Of a stretch of DNA of 64,000 nucleotides, positions 44,566-55,305 are shown piece after piece. The position numbers and the translations under genes were made by a program. Each line of letters begins with the position of its first letter. Position 1 is the stretch's first letter. This DNA comes from an uncultured Erysipelotrichaceae bacterium. GTDB lineage: Bacteria > Bacillota_I > Bacilli_A > RF39 > UBA660. The notes under the pieces are model-generated. The model saw only the letters and a list, made by a program, of their open reading frames with translations, was not told the origin of the DNA and did not search any database. Location of the stretch: the NCBI GenBank assembly GCA_902798815.1, contig CADBYH010000001.1, positions 69,554 to 133,553 of the forward strand, given 5' to 3'.

Positions 44566-45555
44566 ATGTTGACTGATAGACAAAACAAAATCTTAAAACT
44601 AATAGTAGAAAGATATATTAAGGACCCAACTCCCGTTGGTTCTAAGGCAATTTCAAAAATACTTAATTGCTCTAGTGCTACGGTGAGAAATGAAATGGGA
44701 GAACTAGAACGTCTAAATCTATTAGAAAAAACGCATACATCTTCAGGAAGAGTTCCATCAGAAACAGGATATAGATACTATGTAGATAATCTAATGGAAA
44801 TGAAAAAGATGAATGCAGAAGATATGTTAAAGTTACAAATAGTCTTTAAAAATCAGCAACTTGCGTTATCTGATGTAATAACAAAGTCGTTGCAAGTTAT
44901 ATCAGATATAACTAATTATACAACAGTAGTACTAGGTAGTACCTCTCATGAGAATCTTCTTAAACAAATAGAAGTAGTTCCGATTGATGATGTTAGTATG
45001 ATAGTAATAATAGTTACTGATAAAGGTCATGTAGAACATAAAAATATAAAATTAGAAGATGTTTCACTTGAAGAAATAAAAAAGACTGTTGGTCTAATCA
45101 ATAACTTAATCTCAGGTACTCCAATTGATGAAGTAAGTCATAAATTGGAATTTGAAATTAAACCTATTATAGGAAAATATGTAAAACAACATGAACAATT
45201 ATACAACGCTTTCTATCATGTATTTACAGACTTCACTAATAAAGAAGTAAATGTAATGGGAAGAAGTAAAATGCTTGAACAACCTGAATTTTCAACCAAT
45301 ATTGATAAGATTAAAAATGTCTTCAATAAATTAGATAGTCCGGAATTGTTAAATAATATTACTGAAGATGATGATAATAATATCAAGGTATATATAGGTA
45401 ATGAAAATAATATTGATAGCGATGTAACAGTAATTAAAACAAAATTCAAAAAAAATGGAGAAGAAGGAACAATCGCTATAATTGGTCCAAAGAGAATGGA
45501 ATACGATAGAGTTGTTTCAATGCTAGAGTATATGAAAGAGAATATTGAAAGGTAG
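44566..45555 (+). CDS. hrcA: heat-inducible transcription repressor HrcA
   Basis: LTDRQNKILKLIVERYIKDPTPVGSKAISK... winged-helix N-terminus. The CIRCE sites and the grpE-dnaK context support the call. Confidence 0.9.
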   Translation: MLTDRQNKILKLIVERYIKDPTPVGSKAISKILNCSSATVRNEMGELERLNLLEKTHTSSGRVPSETGYRYYVDNLMEMKKMNAEDMLKLQIVFKNQQLALSDVITKSLQVISDITNYTTVVLGSTSHENLLKQIEVVPIDDVSMIVIIVTDKGHVEHKNIKLEDVSLEEIKKTVGLINNLISGTPIDEVSHKLEFEIKPIIGKYVKQHEQLYNAFYHVFTDFTNKEVNVMGRSKMLEQPEFSTNIDKIKNVFNKLDSPELLNNITEDDDNNIKVYIGNENNIDSDVTVIKTKFKKNGEEGTIAIIGPKRMEYDRVVSMLEYMKENIER

Positions 45556-45561
45556 GTTTGT

Positions 45562-46143
45562 ATGGCAAAAAAACATAAAACAAAAAAAGAAATAAAAGAA
45601 GAAATACAAGAAGAACCAGAATTGCTTGAAGAAACAAAAGAGTTAGAGCAAGATACAAAATTAAATAATGAAATGTTAAAACTAGAAGATGAAATCCAAA
45701 CTCTAACAGAAGATAATAAAAACTTATTAGCTCAAGTAAAACTTGCACAAGCTGAACTTGTAAACTATCGTAAAAGAAAAGATGAAGAAACAGCTAATAT
45801 GATGAAATATGCTAATCAAGATTTAGTTACAGAATTAATTTCAGTAGTAGATAATTTTGAAAGAGCATTAAAACAAGCAAGTACAAGTACTAATTCTGAA
45901 GTAAGTAAATATTTAACTGGATTTCAAATGATGTATACAAATATGTTAAGTATTTTAGAAAAATTTGGAGTTAGTGAAATAAATAGAGTTGGGGAAATAT
46001 TTGATGCAAACCAAGAACAAGCAATGGTAGCAGAAAATAATCCAGAACTTGAAGATGAAGTAGTAATAGAAGTACTACAAAAAGGATATAAATTAAAAGA
46101 CAGGGTTATAAGACCTGCATCAGTAAAAATTAATCAATTATAA
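45562..46143 (+). CDS. grpE: nucleotide exchange factor GrpE
   Basis: Acidic coiled-coil N-terminus, YRKRKDEE motif, ...FDANQEQAM...VLQKGYKL.DRVIRPA C-terminus, and position between hrcA and dnaK. Confidence 0.9.
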   Translation: MAKKHKTKKEIKEEIQEEPELLEETKELEQDTKLNNEMLKLEDEIQTLTEDNKNLLAQVKLAQAELVNYRKRKDEETANMMKYANQDLVTELISVVDNFERALKQASTSTNSEVSKYLTGFQMMYTNMLSILEKFGVSEINRVGEIFDANQEQAMVAENNPELEDEVVIEVLQKGYKLKDRVIRPASVKINQL

Positions 46144-46159
46144 AAAGGAGAGATAAATT

Positions 46160-48013
46160 ATGGGAAAAGTAATAGGAATAGATTTAGGAACAACAAATTC
46201 ATGTGCTGCAGTATTAGAAGCTGGAGCACCAAAAGTAATACCAAATCCAGAAGGAGGAAGAACAACTCCATCTGTAGTAGCTTTTAAAAAAGGAGAAAGA
46301 ATAGTAGGTGAAGCTGCTAAAAGACAAGCACTTACTAATCCAAATACAGTAAGTTCTATTAAAAGAAAAATGGGAACTTCTGAAAAAGTAGAATTAGAAG
46401 GAAAGAAATATACACCAGAAGAAATTTCAGCAATGATTCTTTCATATATTAAAGATTATGCAGAAAGTTATTTAGGAGAAACAGTAGATAAAGCAGTTAT
46501 CACAGTACCTGCATATTTCTCAGATTCACAAAGACAAGCAACTAAGAACGCTGGTAAAATTGCAGGACTTGAAGTAGAAAGAATTATCAACGAACCAACA
46601 GCAGCTGCATTATCATATGGTCTTGAAAAAGATGAAGGACAAACAATCCTTGTATATGACCTAGGTGGAGGAACATTCGATGTATCTATCCTAGAATTAG
46701 GAGATGGAGTATTTGAGGTTAAATCAACAAGTGGTAATAACCATTTAGGTGGAGATGATTTCGATCAAAGAATTATTGATTATTTAGTTAAGGAATTCAA
46801 GAAAGAAAATGATATAGACTTAACAGATGATAAAATGGCAATGCAAAGACTTAAAGAAGTTGCAGAAAAAGCTAAAAAAGATTTATCAGGAATGGTTTCA
46901 ACTCAAGTATCTGCACCATTTATTGCTAAAGGTGAAGATGGAGAACCAGTTCACTTAGATATGACATTAACTCGTGCAAAATTTGAAGATTTAATTTCTG
47001 ATTTAGTTGAATCAACTATAGATCCAGTTAAGAAAGCATTAAAAGATGCTAAATTAACTAAGAAAGATATTGATAAAGTTATCCTAGTTGGAGGATCAAC
47101 TCGTGTACCATTAGTATATGATACAGTAACTAAAGAATTAGGAAAAGAACCATCAAGAGAAGTTAACCCTGATGAAGTAGTTGCAATGGGAGCTGCAATT
47201 CAAGGTGGAGTACTTGCAGGAGATGTTAACGGAATCGTTTTATTAGACGTTACACCATTATCATTAGGACTAGAAACATTAGGTGGGGTAATGACAACAT
47301 TAATTCCAAGAAATACAACAATTCCAACACAAAAAACAGAAGTATTCTCAACAGCTGCAGATAATCAACCAGCAGTAGATATTCATATTCTACAAGGTGA
47401 AAGAAGTATGGCTGCTGATAATAAGACACTTGGAAGATTCCAATTAGGAAATATTCCACCAGCACCTAGAGGAGTACCACAAATTGAAGTTACATTTGAT
47501 ATTGATGCAAATGGTATTGTTAATGTAAAAGCAAAAGATTTAGGAACAAATAAAGAACAATCAATTACTATTACATCATCAACTAACCTTTCAGATGATG
47601 AAGTAGAAAGAATGAGAAAAGAAGCAGAAGAAAATAAAGAAGCAGATGATAAACGTAAGGAAGAAGCAGAAACAAGAAATGAAGCAGAACAAATGGTATT
47701 CCAAACTGAAAAAGCAATTAAAGATCTTGGAGATAAAGCAGATAAAAAAGAAGTAGAAAAAGCAGAAGATTTAATCAAAGACTTAAAGAAAGCACTTGAA
47801 GGAGACGACATAGAAAAGATTAAAGAAGAAAAAGAAAAACTTCAAGAAAAAGCTATGGCTTTAGCAGCTAAAGTATATGAAGAAGAAGCAAAAAAACACC
47901 AAGCAGAAGAATCATCAGATGAAAAAGATGATGACGAAAAAACAGAAAAAAAATCAAAGAAAAGTAAAAAGAAAGACGACGACGTAGAAGAAGCAGATAT
48001 TGAAGAAGATTAA
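46160..48013 (+). CDS. dnaK: molecular chaperone DnaK (Hsp70)
   Basis: [25 protein letters not shown] and [11 protein letters not shown] signatures, full length. Confidence 0.97.
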   Translation: MGKVIGIDLGTTNSCAAVLEAGAPKVIPNPEGGRTTPSVVAFKKGERIVGEAAKRQALTNPNTVSSIKRKMGTSEKVELEGKKYTPEEISAMILSYIKDYAESYLGETVDKAVITVPAYFSDSQRQATKNAGKIAGLEVERIINEPTAAALSYGLEKDEGQTILVYDLGGGTFDVSILELGDGVFEVKSTSGNNHLGGDDFDQRIIDYLVKEFKKENDIDLTDDKMAMQRLKEVAEKAKKDLSGMVSTQVSAPFIAKGEDGEPVHLDMTLTRAKFEDLISDLVESTIDPVKKALKDAKLTKKDIDKVILVGGSTRVPLVYDTVTKELGKEPSREVNPDEVVAMGAAIQGGVLAGDVNGIVLLDVTPLSLGLETLGGVMTTLIPRNTTIPTQKTEVFSTAADNQPAVDIHILQGERSMAADNKTLGRFQLGNIPPAPRGVPQIEVTFDIDANGIVNVKAKDLGTNKEQSITITSSTNLSDDEVERMRKEAEENKEADDKRKEEAETRNEAEQMVFQTEKAIKDLGDKADKKEVEKAEDLIKDLKKALEGDDIEKIKEEKEKLQEKAMALAAKVYEEEAKKHQAEESSDEKDDDEKTEKKSKKSKKKDDDVEEADIEED

Positions 48014-48017
48014 AAAA

Positions 48018-48049
48018 TTAGAAGTTCTATTTTAGAACTTCTAACTTTT
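48018..48049 (+). terminator. hairpin/terminator between dnaK and pepF
   Basis: TTAGAAGTTCT / AGAACTTCTAA 11-bp hairpin followed by CTTTTG. Confidence 0.55.
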
Positions 48050-48071
48050 GTATCATAAGAAGGAGAAACCT

Positions 48072-49889
48072 ATGCAAAAAGAAAAAACAAGAAATGAAAT
48101 AAAAGAAGAATATAAATGGGATCTTACTAAAATTTTTAAATCAGATGAAGAATGTTATAAAGAACTAAAAGATTGTGAAGAATTACTATCGAAATATACA
48201 AGTTTTAAAGGAAAAATAACTAAAAGTAGTAAAAACTTATTAGATTATTTAGAATTTAATGATACATATGAAAGAAAACTATATAAAGTATATTATTATG
48301 CACATCTTCACTTTGATGAAGATACAACAAACACAAAATATCAAGAATTAAAAGGAAAAGTAGATCAACTTCTTCAAAAAGTAGGGGATATCACTTCTTA
48401 TATACCAGAAGAATTAATGTCAACAGATTATGAGGTAATAAAAAAATATATAGATGAAGAACCTAAATTAGAGACATATAGACATTCATTAGATGATAAT
48501 TACCGTTTTCAAAAACATATATTATCAGAAGAACAAGAAAAAATTGTATCTGCATTCAGTCAAGTATTAAGTGCAAGTGAAGATATCTACGAAGCATTAA
48601 CAGATTCAGATTTAACTTTTGGAACCATTACCGATGAAGAAGGAAAAGAGATTGAACTAACTGAAAGTAATTATAATTTGTATATTAGAAGTAAAAATAG
48701 AGATGTAAGAAAACAAGCATTTGATAAATTATATGAAGCTTATAATAATCATAAAAATTCAATTGCTAAATCATTTGAAACATATGTTGAATATAAAACA
48801 AAGTCAGCTAAATTACATAATTTTACTTCCTCTATAGAAGCATCCTTATTTAAGGATAATATATCTACTGAAGTATACGATAATATTATAAATACTATTC
48901 ATGATAATCTTGAAGTAGCTTATAAATACTTTAGATTAAAAAGAGAATTATTAGGATTAGATGAATTACATAACTATGATTTATATTGTGAATTAATAGA
49001 AGATTATAATAAAAAATATACTTTCACCGAGGCAAAAGAACTAGTTCTAAAAGCAATGGAACCTCTAGGCAATGATTATATATCTAAGCTTAAACATGCA
49101 TTTTCCGATAACTGGGTTGATGTTTATCATAATAAAGGCAAACGAGGAGGAGCGTATTCCTCAGGATTTTATGATACAGTTCCATATGTATTATTAAATT
49201 TTGAAGGAACTTTAAATGACGTTTCTACACTTGCCCATGAGTTTGGACATTCAATGCATACACTATATTCTTGTGAAAACAATGATTATCCAAATAGTTC
49301 ATATCAGATTTTTGTTGCTGAAGTAGCATCAACAGTAAATGAATTATTATTAAGCAAATATCTTTTAAAAACATCGACATCTCCTGAAGAAAAATTAACA
49401 ATTTTAAATAATTTAATGGAGTTGTTTAAGGCAACAATAATTAGACAAACTATGTTTGCTGAGTTTGAAAGAGATGTTCATGCCGCAAGAGAAAATGGTG
49501 AAGTATTAACTCACGAATTTCTTGAAGATAAATATTTTGAATTAAATAAGTTGTATTTTGGAGATACAGTTAAACTTGATGATGAGATAAAATATGAATG
49601 GTCAAGAATTCCACATTTCTATTATGATTTTTATGTATATAAATATGTAATAGGACTATCATGTGCGTGCTATATAGTAGAAAATATCCTAGAAGGAAAA
49701 GAAAATGCCAGAGAAAATTATATTAAATTCTTATCATCAGGAGGATCAATGTATCCAAAAGATGAACTTTTAATTGCTGGAATAGATATAACAAAAAAAG
49801 ATGTAATCGAATCAGCAATCAATATGTTTGATGATGTAATTGAAGAATTTAAAACAATAAATGAAACTCAAAAAGTAAAGAAAAGATAA
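48072..49889 (+). CDS. pepF: oligoendopeptidase F (M3B)
   Basis: HEFGHSMH zinc motif and typical M3B length. The ATG at 48072 follows SD AAGGAG, so the track TTG at 48048 is rejected. Confidence 0.85.
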   Translation: MQKEKTRNEIKEEYKWDLTKIFKSDEECYKELKDCEELLSKYTSFKGKITKSSKNLLDYLEFNDTYERKLYKVYYYAHLHFDEDTTNTKYQELKGKVDQLLQKVGDITSYIPEELMSTDYEVIKKYIDEEPKLETYRHSLDDNYRFQKHILSEEQEKIVSAFSQVLSASEDIYEALTDSDLTFGTITDEEGKEIELTESNYNLYIRSKNRDVRKQAFDKLYEAYNNHKNSIAKSFETYVEYKTKSAKLHNFTSSIEASLFKDNISTEVYDNIINTIHDNLEVAYKYFRLKRELLGLDELHNYDLYCELIEDYNKKYTFTEAKELVLKAMEPLGNDYISKLKHAFSDNWVDVYHNKGKRGGAYSSGFYDTVPYVLLNFEGTLNDVSTLAHEFGHSMHTLYSCENNDYPNSSYQIFVAEVASTVNELLLSKYLLKTSTSPEEKLTILNNLMELFKATIIRQTMFAEFERDVHAARENGEVLTHEFLEDKYFELNKLYFGDTVKLDDEIKYEWSRIPHFYYDFYVYKYVIGLSCACYIVENILEGKENARENYIKFLSSGGSMYPKDELLIAGIDITKKDVIESAINMFDDVIEEFKTINETQKVKKR

Positions 49890-49900
49890 GGAGGTGTCAT

Positions 49901-51055
49901 ATGGCAGAAAAACGTGATTATTATGATGTCTTAGGAGTATCAAAATCTGCAACAGAGGCAGAGATAAAAAGTGCTTTTAGAAAAAAAGCAAAAGAATTCC
50001 ATCCAGACTTAAATAAAGATAATCCATCTGCTGCAGAAAAGTTTAAAGAAGCTCAAGAAGCATATTCTGTTTTATCAGATGAAAATAAAAGAAAAATGTA
50101 TGATCAATATGGACATGCTGGTGTAGGTGCTGGAGGTCCAGGAGGAGCAGGAGGTTTTGGAGGTTTCTCAGACTTTGGTGGATCAGGATTTGATTTTGGA
50201 GATATATTTGATTCTATCTTTGGTGGTGCCGGAGGTTTTGGAGGTTTCTCAGACTTTGGTGGAGGAAGAAGTTCAGGACCTAGACCATCAAGAGGTAGTG
50301 ACATTCTAATGAGAATGAATTTAACATTTGAAGAAGCAATTTACGGAACGGAAAAGAAATTTAATATTGATGTTGTTGAAGAATGTGATGAATGTCATGG
50401 GCACGGTGGTTTTGATAGGGAAGAATGTGATACTTGTCATGGAAAAGGAACAATAACTCAGCAACAACAAACTATTCTTGGATCTTTTATGTCCACAACA
50501 ACATGCCCAACCTGTCACGGACAAGGACATACATATAAAAGAAAATGTAGTGAATGTTCTGGAAAGGGTAAAGTAAAAATAAATAAAAAACTTACTATAA
50601 ATATCCCTGAAGGAATAAATTCTGGTGATAGACAAAGAGTATCAGGAAAAGGAAATCCTGGAACAAATGGTGGAGAAAACGGAGATTTATATATTGAATT
50701 TATAGTAGATGAACATGATTATTATATAAGAGATAATGATGATATTTACTTAGAAGTTCCACTAACACTAACAGAAGCAATATTAGGATGCAAAAAAGAA
50801 ATTCCAACACTATATGGAAATGTTAAATTAAATGTAAGTGCAGGAACAAATAGTGGAGATAAAGAAAGAATTAAGGGCAAAGGTGTAAATAATAAATATA
50901 GAAGACATAAAGGAGATATGTATGTAATATTTAAAGTATATACGCCTAATAAATTAACAAGAGAACAAAAATCTTTAATTGAAAAATTAAATAAAACTCC
51001 ACTAGAAACCGATGAAATTAAACGCTTTGATAAATTTACAAAAAAGAATGGATAA
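49901..51055 (+). CDS. dnaJ: molecular chaperone DnaJ
   Basis: J-domain with HPD (KEFHPDLNK), a G/F-rich region, and four CxxCxGxG zinc motifs. Confidence 0.95.
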   Translation: MAEKRDYYDVLGVSKSATEAEIKSAFRKKAKEFHPDLNKDNPSAAEKFKEAQEAYSVLSDENKRKMYDQYGHAGVGAGGPGGAGGFGGFSDFGGSGFDFGDIFDSIFGGAGGFGGFSDFGGGRSSGPRPSRGSDILMRMNLTFEEAIYGTEKKFNIDVVEECDECHGHGGFDREECDTCHGKGTITQQQQTILGSFMSTTTCPTCHGQGHTYKRKCSECSGKGKVKINKKLTINIPEGINSGDRQRVSGKGNPGTNGGENGDLYIEFIVDEHDYYIRDNDDIYLEVPLTLTEAILGCKKEIPTLYGNVKLNVSAGTNSGDKERIKGKGVNNKYRRHKGDMYVIFKVYTPNKLTREQKSLIEKLNKTPLETDEIKRFDKFTKKNG

Positions 51056-51122
51056 TAATTCATTCTTTTTTCTTGTAGCAAAAATAAAACTATTATATAA
51101 TCAATTATAGGAGGTAGAGTTG

Positions 51123-52301
51123 ATGAAGAATTTTAATTTAGATAGAATTAATTTAGAGAAAATTAGATTAAATGAACAACCATTAGTTTTAAAAACAAAA
51201 TCATATCAAGAACCAATTATAAGAGATGGATATTTACATGACTATACAGGTCGTAGAGTAGGAACAAAAGGCGATATGTACCAAAAACTAATAGTTGATA
51301 AAATATTACAAGGAGGATGTTTAGATCACAATCCTAGACCACTATATATTGATCATTATCCAAACGCAAAATATGATCATATAAAAGATGTAGTCACAAA
51401 AGAAGATGGAACAAAAGTTAAATTAAGTAAAAATTCAGGAGTAATAGTAAGAGATAACGAAGTAGAAGTAAAAACTCCTGCTCATACAATAAGTCTTAAT
51501 AACGGTATAGAATGTAATTATGATTTATCAAAGGGAGAAAGTCCAATAATTACCCTTAGACCTATCGCAATAAGAGCAAGTATTGCTGAAATATTATGGA
51601 TCTATCAAAAAGAAAGCAATGATTTAGTTGTGTTTGATGAATTATTAAATAGAAATACATGGGATAAAGATGGTAAAATTAATAACTGGTGGAAGGATTG
51701 GGCAATCACAAATACTGATAAGGAATATGTTTTAAATGCAGAAGGACATCCAACAATAGGAACATGTTATGGTGAAACTGTTAGAAGACGTCATATGCTT
51801 AAAGAAGAAGTAATCGAAGCAATTAGGAAAAATCCAGATGGAAGAAGAAATATCTCATGTATGTGGCAACAAGCTGATTTCTTAGAACCACATGGATTAA
51901 AACCATGTGCATTCTTAACAATTTGGAATGTAAGACATGACTGGGATGGAAAAGACTATTTAGATATGACATTAGTACAAAGATCAAGTGACTTCGCAAC
52001 AGCAGGATGTATAAATCAAGTTCAGTATTCTGCATTGTTATTAATGGTCGCAAGAGAATTGGGATTAGAACCAGGAGTATTTACTTGGAAACCAGTAAAT
52101 ATTCAATTATATGATAGACATATTGACCAAGCAATTGAATTATTAAACAGAAACCCCGTAGATTGTGCCGCCGAATTATTACTAGATAAAAAAGTAAAAT
52201 CATTTGAAGAAGTAACACCAGATGATATAAAAATAAAAGGATATCCAAAGGAATTAATTAAAAAAAGAAATCCCCAATTAAAGTTTGAGTTAGGAATATA
52301 A
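51123..52301 (+). CDS. thyA: thymidylate synthase (ThyA family), unusually long and divergent form
   Basis: Core motifs are present: DGRRNISCMW, LKPCAF (catalytic Cys), VQRSSDFATAGCINQVQYSALL, NIQLYDRH. The N-terminal third is expanded and lacks the usual RTGTGT segment. ATG at 51123 lies 8 nt after AGGAGG. Confidence 0.7.
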   Translation: MKNFNLDRINLEKIRLNEQPLVLKTKSYQEPIIRDGYLHDYTGRRVGTKGDMYQKLIVDKILQGGCLDHNPRPLYIDHYPNAKYDHIKDVVTKEDGTKVKLSKNSGVIVRDNEVEVKTPAHTISLNNGIECNYDLSKGESPIITLRPIAIRASIAEILWIYQKESNDLVVFDELLNRNTWDKDGKINNWWKDWAITNTDKEYVLNAEGHPTIGTCYGETVRRRHMLKEEVIEAIRKNPDGRRNISCMWQQADFLEPHGLKPCAFLTIWNVRHDWDGKDYLDMTLVQRSSDFATAGCINQVQYSALLLMVARELGLEPGVFTWKPVNIQLYDRHIDQAIELLNRNPVDCAAELLLDKKVKSFEEVTPDDIKIKGYPKELIKKRNPQLKFELGI

Positions 52302-52306
52302 ATATT

Positions 52307-52795
52307 ATGGAAAATATAACAATGATTGCCGCAGTAGGCAAAAACTTAGAACTAGGAAAAAATAATGATTTAATATGGCGCTTTAAAGAAGATTTACAAT
52401 TTTTTAAAGAACAAACAATGGGAAAACCAATGGTCATGGGATATAATACATTTTTATCATTACCAGGACTTCTTCCTGGAAGAAAACATATAGTGTTATC
52501 ATTTGAAAAATTAGATTTAGGAAAAGATGTAAAAGTAGTTACATCAATGGATGAATTATTAGATACAATTATTGATTATCCTGAAGTAATGATTATAGGT
52601 GGAGCGTCAATTTATAAACAAATGCTTGAACACTCAGGTAAATTAATATTAACTGAAGTAGAAGCAGAAGCAAAAGACGCTGATGTATATTTTCCAAAAT
52701 TTGATAAGAATGATTGGAATCGAGAATTATTATCAGAACAAGAAGAAAATAACATTAAATATAAACATTTGGTATATACAAGAAAGAGTAAATAA
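52307..52795 (+). CDS. folA: dihydrofolate reductase
   Basis: IAAVGKN..LGKNNDLIW....DLQFFKEQTMGKPMVMGYNTF and IIGGASIYKQ motifs. Adjacent to thyA. Confidence 0.85.
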   Translation: MENITMIAAVGKNLELGKNNDLIWRFKEDLQFFKEQTMGKPMVMGYNTFLSLPGLLPGRKHIVLSFEKLDLGKDVKVVTSMDELLDTIIDYPEVMIIGGASIYKQMLEHSGKLILTEVEAEAKDADVYFPKFDKNDWNRELLSEQEENNIKYKHLVYTRKSK

Positions 52796-52863
52796 TTACT
52801 CTTTTTTATTGACAATAATTAATAAAACTACTAGAATAATACTTCATAAATGGGGAGAGGTAT

Positions 52864-53754
52864 ATGAAAAAAATAGTATTAATAATTATTTTATTTGTAA
52901 TAAGTATTTCTAATGCTTCAGCATTAGGGTTAGATTGTACAACAACAGTATCAATGGGAGATCGTAATATTGATGTAAAAAGAGTTCAAAAAGCACTTAA
53001 TACAAGAATGAATTGCAACTTGGAAGAAGATGGAATATTTGGTTCAAAAACATACGCATGTGTTAAAGAATATCAACAAAAAAACAACTTAGAAGTTGAT
53101 GGGGTAGTAGGACCAATAACCTGTAATTATTTGCTTGGAAATACACCAGTAACTACATACAATGATTATGGTATTACATATGGTGTAGTTACAGGAGATA
53201 GAGTTAATATAAGAAAAGAAACAAATACATCTTCAAGAATTCTTTCTCAAACAACAGAAGGTAAATTATATAAAATAGAATCAAAAAATGGAAATTGGTA
53301 TAAAATAACTTATTCAGATAATAATCAAGGATATATTAATAGTAACTATGTATCAACAAATTTCGTTTTAGTAGATTTAAGTCTACAAAGATTATATTAT
53401 TATTCTAATGGAAAAAGACTATGGTCAACAAGTGTAGTAACAGGTATGAAAAATTCACATGACACACCTATAGGAGTATATAAATTAAGTAAAAATAATT
53501 TTAGTTATAAAACAGTTTTATCTGGTTATAATGATGATGGATCTACATATAATGCTCCAGTTGATTATTGGATGCCATTTATCTTATCATCAGGAATTGG
53601 ATTCCATGATGCAACATGGAGAAGTTATAGTGAATTTAATAAAACAGAATACTTAAATAATGGAAGTCATGGTTGTGTAAATATGCATCATGAGGCAGCA
53701 GAAAAATTATATAATGGAAATTTTAATACAATAGATGTAATTGTAAGAAATTAA
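52864..53754 (+). CDS. L,D-transpeptidase with PG-binding and SH3 domains
   Basis: Signal peptide, a PG_binding_1 repeat (VKRVQKALN...DGIFGSKT...YQQKNNLEVDGVVGP), an SH3b-like segment (RVNIRKETNTSSRIL...GNWYKI), and a YkuD catalytic motif SHGCVNM. Confidence 0.8.
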   Translation: MKKIVLIIILFVISISNASALGLDCTTTVSMGDRNIDVKRVQKALNTRMNCNLEEDGIFGSKTYACVKEYQQKNNLEVDGVVGPITCNYLLGNTPVTTYNDYGITYGVVTGDRVNIRKETNTSSRILSQTTEGKLYKIESKNGNWYKITYSDNNQGYINSNYVSTNFVLVDLSLQRLYYYSNGKRLWSTSVVTGMKNSHDTPIGVYKLSKNNFSYKTVLSGYNDDGSTYNAPVDYWMPFILSSGIGFHDATWRSYSEFNKTEYLNNGSHGCVNMHHEAAEKLYNGNFNTIDVIVRN

Positions 53755-53769
53755 ACTAAGGAGGATAAA

Positions 53770-54003
53770 ATGGTATTTGCACACGAGTATAAGGTAAAGC
53801 CTAGCGATGAAAAAGAAAAGAGAAGAAAAAGAAAATGGTACCCACAAGCACCACCAGCACCTGACAGAGTGGTATTTTATAACAAACAATTAAGTCAATC
53901 GTTTGGAAATAGATTTTCGTATGAAAAATTTATCAAAGATCCGCCAAAAAACAATACACCAGAAAAAGAAGGACCGGTATTAATCAAAAAAAGAGATAAT
54001 TAA
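53770..54003 (+). CDS. hypothetical small basic protein
   Basis: Strong SD TAAGGAGG 5 nt upstream. 77 aa. No motif recognised. Confidence 0.5.
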   Translation: MVFAHEYKVKPSDEKEKRRKRKWYPQAPPAPDRVVFYNKQLSQSFGNRFSYEKFIKDPPKNNTPEKEGPVLIKKRDN

Positions 54004-54015
54004 TTATCTCTTTTT
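53992..54015. terminator. bidirectional hairpin between convergent genes
   Basis: AGAGATAA / TTATCTCT hairpin flanked by an A-run and a T-run. Confidence 0.5.
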
Positions 54016-54925
54016 AATATATCATTGTATGAAGAATTCTATCTGTATTTTTAAAGTTAAGTTTACTTACTTTTTTTAATTTACCTTCACCATACTTTTC
54101 AACTATTTCTTCACCAATTTTATCAACATCACTTCCAGCTCCTTTAGGTAAAGGAATATGTAATGAATCACTCAATTTATCAAACTCTTTTAAGAATAAG
54201 TATCTACTTATAATTGATGCACAAGCTACCGCATTATTTTTATCTTCTGCCTTAGTTAAAAAGGTAATATCTTTTTGAATAAAACTTTGATCTCTCAAGT
54301 ATTCATAATATCTTGCTTCTCTAGCAAATTCATCAACAATAATATAATCATATTTAGGTTTTTCTTCGCTAACTAATTGATATAATACTTTATTATGTAA
54401 AATTGCCTTAATCTTATTCATATTAATATCTTTGCTATACTTTTCATTATATTCTTCATTAGTTAAAATAACACTTTTATATTTTATTTTTTTAGCAATT
54501 ATTGGAGCAATCTTAAGAATTTTTTCATCATCAATTTTCTTTGAATCACCAACACCTAATTCTTCTAAATCTTTAATATCATCTTTAGAAACAAAACAAG
54601 CAGTAACAACAATAGGACCATAGTAATCACCAGTACCAACTTCATCAGAACCAACTGCACTGCAATTATAATATTTTAAATCTTGTTTCTTCTTTTCTTC
54701 TTTCTTTTCTTTTGTATTTTCTAACACTGTTCCCCACATAGCAGCATCAACATCAGCACTAGTACCTTGAAACATTACTTTACCAGATTCATACATAGTA
54801 ATTACAGTATCTTCTTCCTCAGCTTGAAAAACAACATAAGGAATTACTTTATCACGTCTTTTATCTTTGTAGTACTCAATCATCTTCTCTTTAACTTCAT
54901 CATTAACTTTAATAACAACATTCAT
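54014..54925 (-). CDS. rnhC: ribonuclease HIII
   Basis: N-terminal TBP-like domain followed by the RNase HII/HIII catalytic motif GSDEVGTGDYYGPIVV. About 300 aa. SD AAAGGAG. Confidence 0.85.
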   Translation of the reverse strand: MNVVIKVNDEVKEKMIEYYKDKRRDKVIPYVVFQAEEEDTVITMYESGKVMFQGTSADVDAAMWGTVLENTKEKKEEKKKQDLKYYNCSAVGSDEVGTGDYYGPIVVTACFVSKDDIKDLEELGVGDSKKIDDEKILKIAPIIAKKIKYKSVILTNEEYNEKYSKDINMNKIKAILHNKVLYQLVSEEKPKYDYIIVDEFAREARYYEYLRDQSFIQKDITFLTKAEDKNNAVACASIISRYLFLKEFDKLSDSLHIPLPKGAGSDVDKIGEEIVEKYGEGKLKKVSKLNFKNTDRILHTMIY

Positions 54926-54938
54926 AATTTCACTCCTT

Positions 54939-55301
54939 TCATATTATATTACTTGAATTATAATAAAATAGTTTATTATCTAATTTATTGAGAATTCTTT
55001 TAATATCTTTACTGCTAATATTAAGAATAAAAGGATTAGAATCAAACAATAAATCTAAATCATTAACATTATTTTTCTTTAAAGTATCAATTAATCTTAA
55101 TACATCATCTATATTATTATTTAAATAAAATGGATTAGTTAATAATATATTTTTAATAATACTTAAATTACAATTATTATCTTTTAATATATTAATTAAT
55201 TCTTCTATATCATTATCTTCAATATTACCTATATCTTGATTGCAATCCATCATACATTTAATCTCTTCAATACTAAAACCATATCTTATCAAAATATCCA
55301 T
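54939..55301 (-). CDS. short mTERF-like repeat protein
   Basis: A 120-aa protein with the same ~30-aa repeat logic as the upstream gene (YGFSIEEIKCMM..., ...NPFYLNNNIDDVLRLIDTL..., ...NPFILNISSKDIKRIL). Confidence 0.5.
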   Translation of the reverse strand: MDILIRYGFSIEEIKCMMDCNQDIGNIEDNDIEELINILKDNNCNLSIIKNILLTNPFYLNNNIDDVLRLIDTLKKNNVNDLDLLFDSNPFILNISSKDIKRILNKLDNKLFYYNSSNII

Positions 55302-55305
55302 ATCA

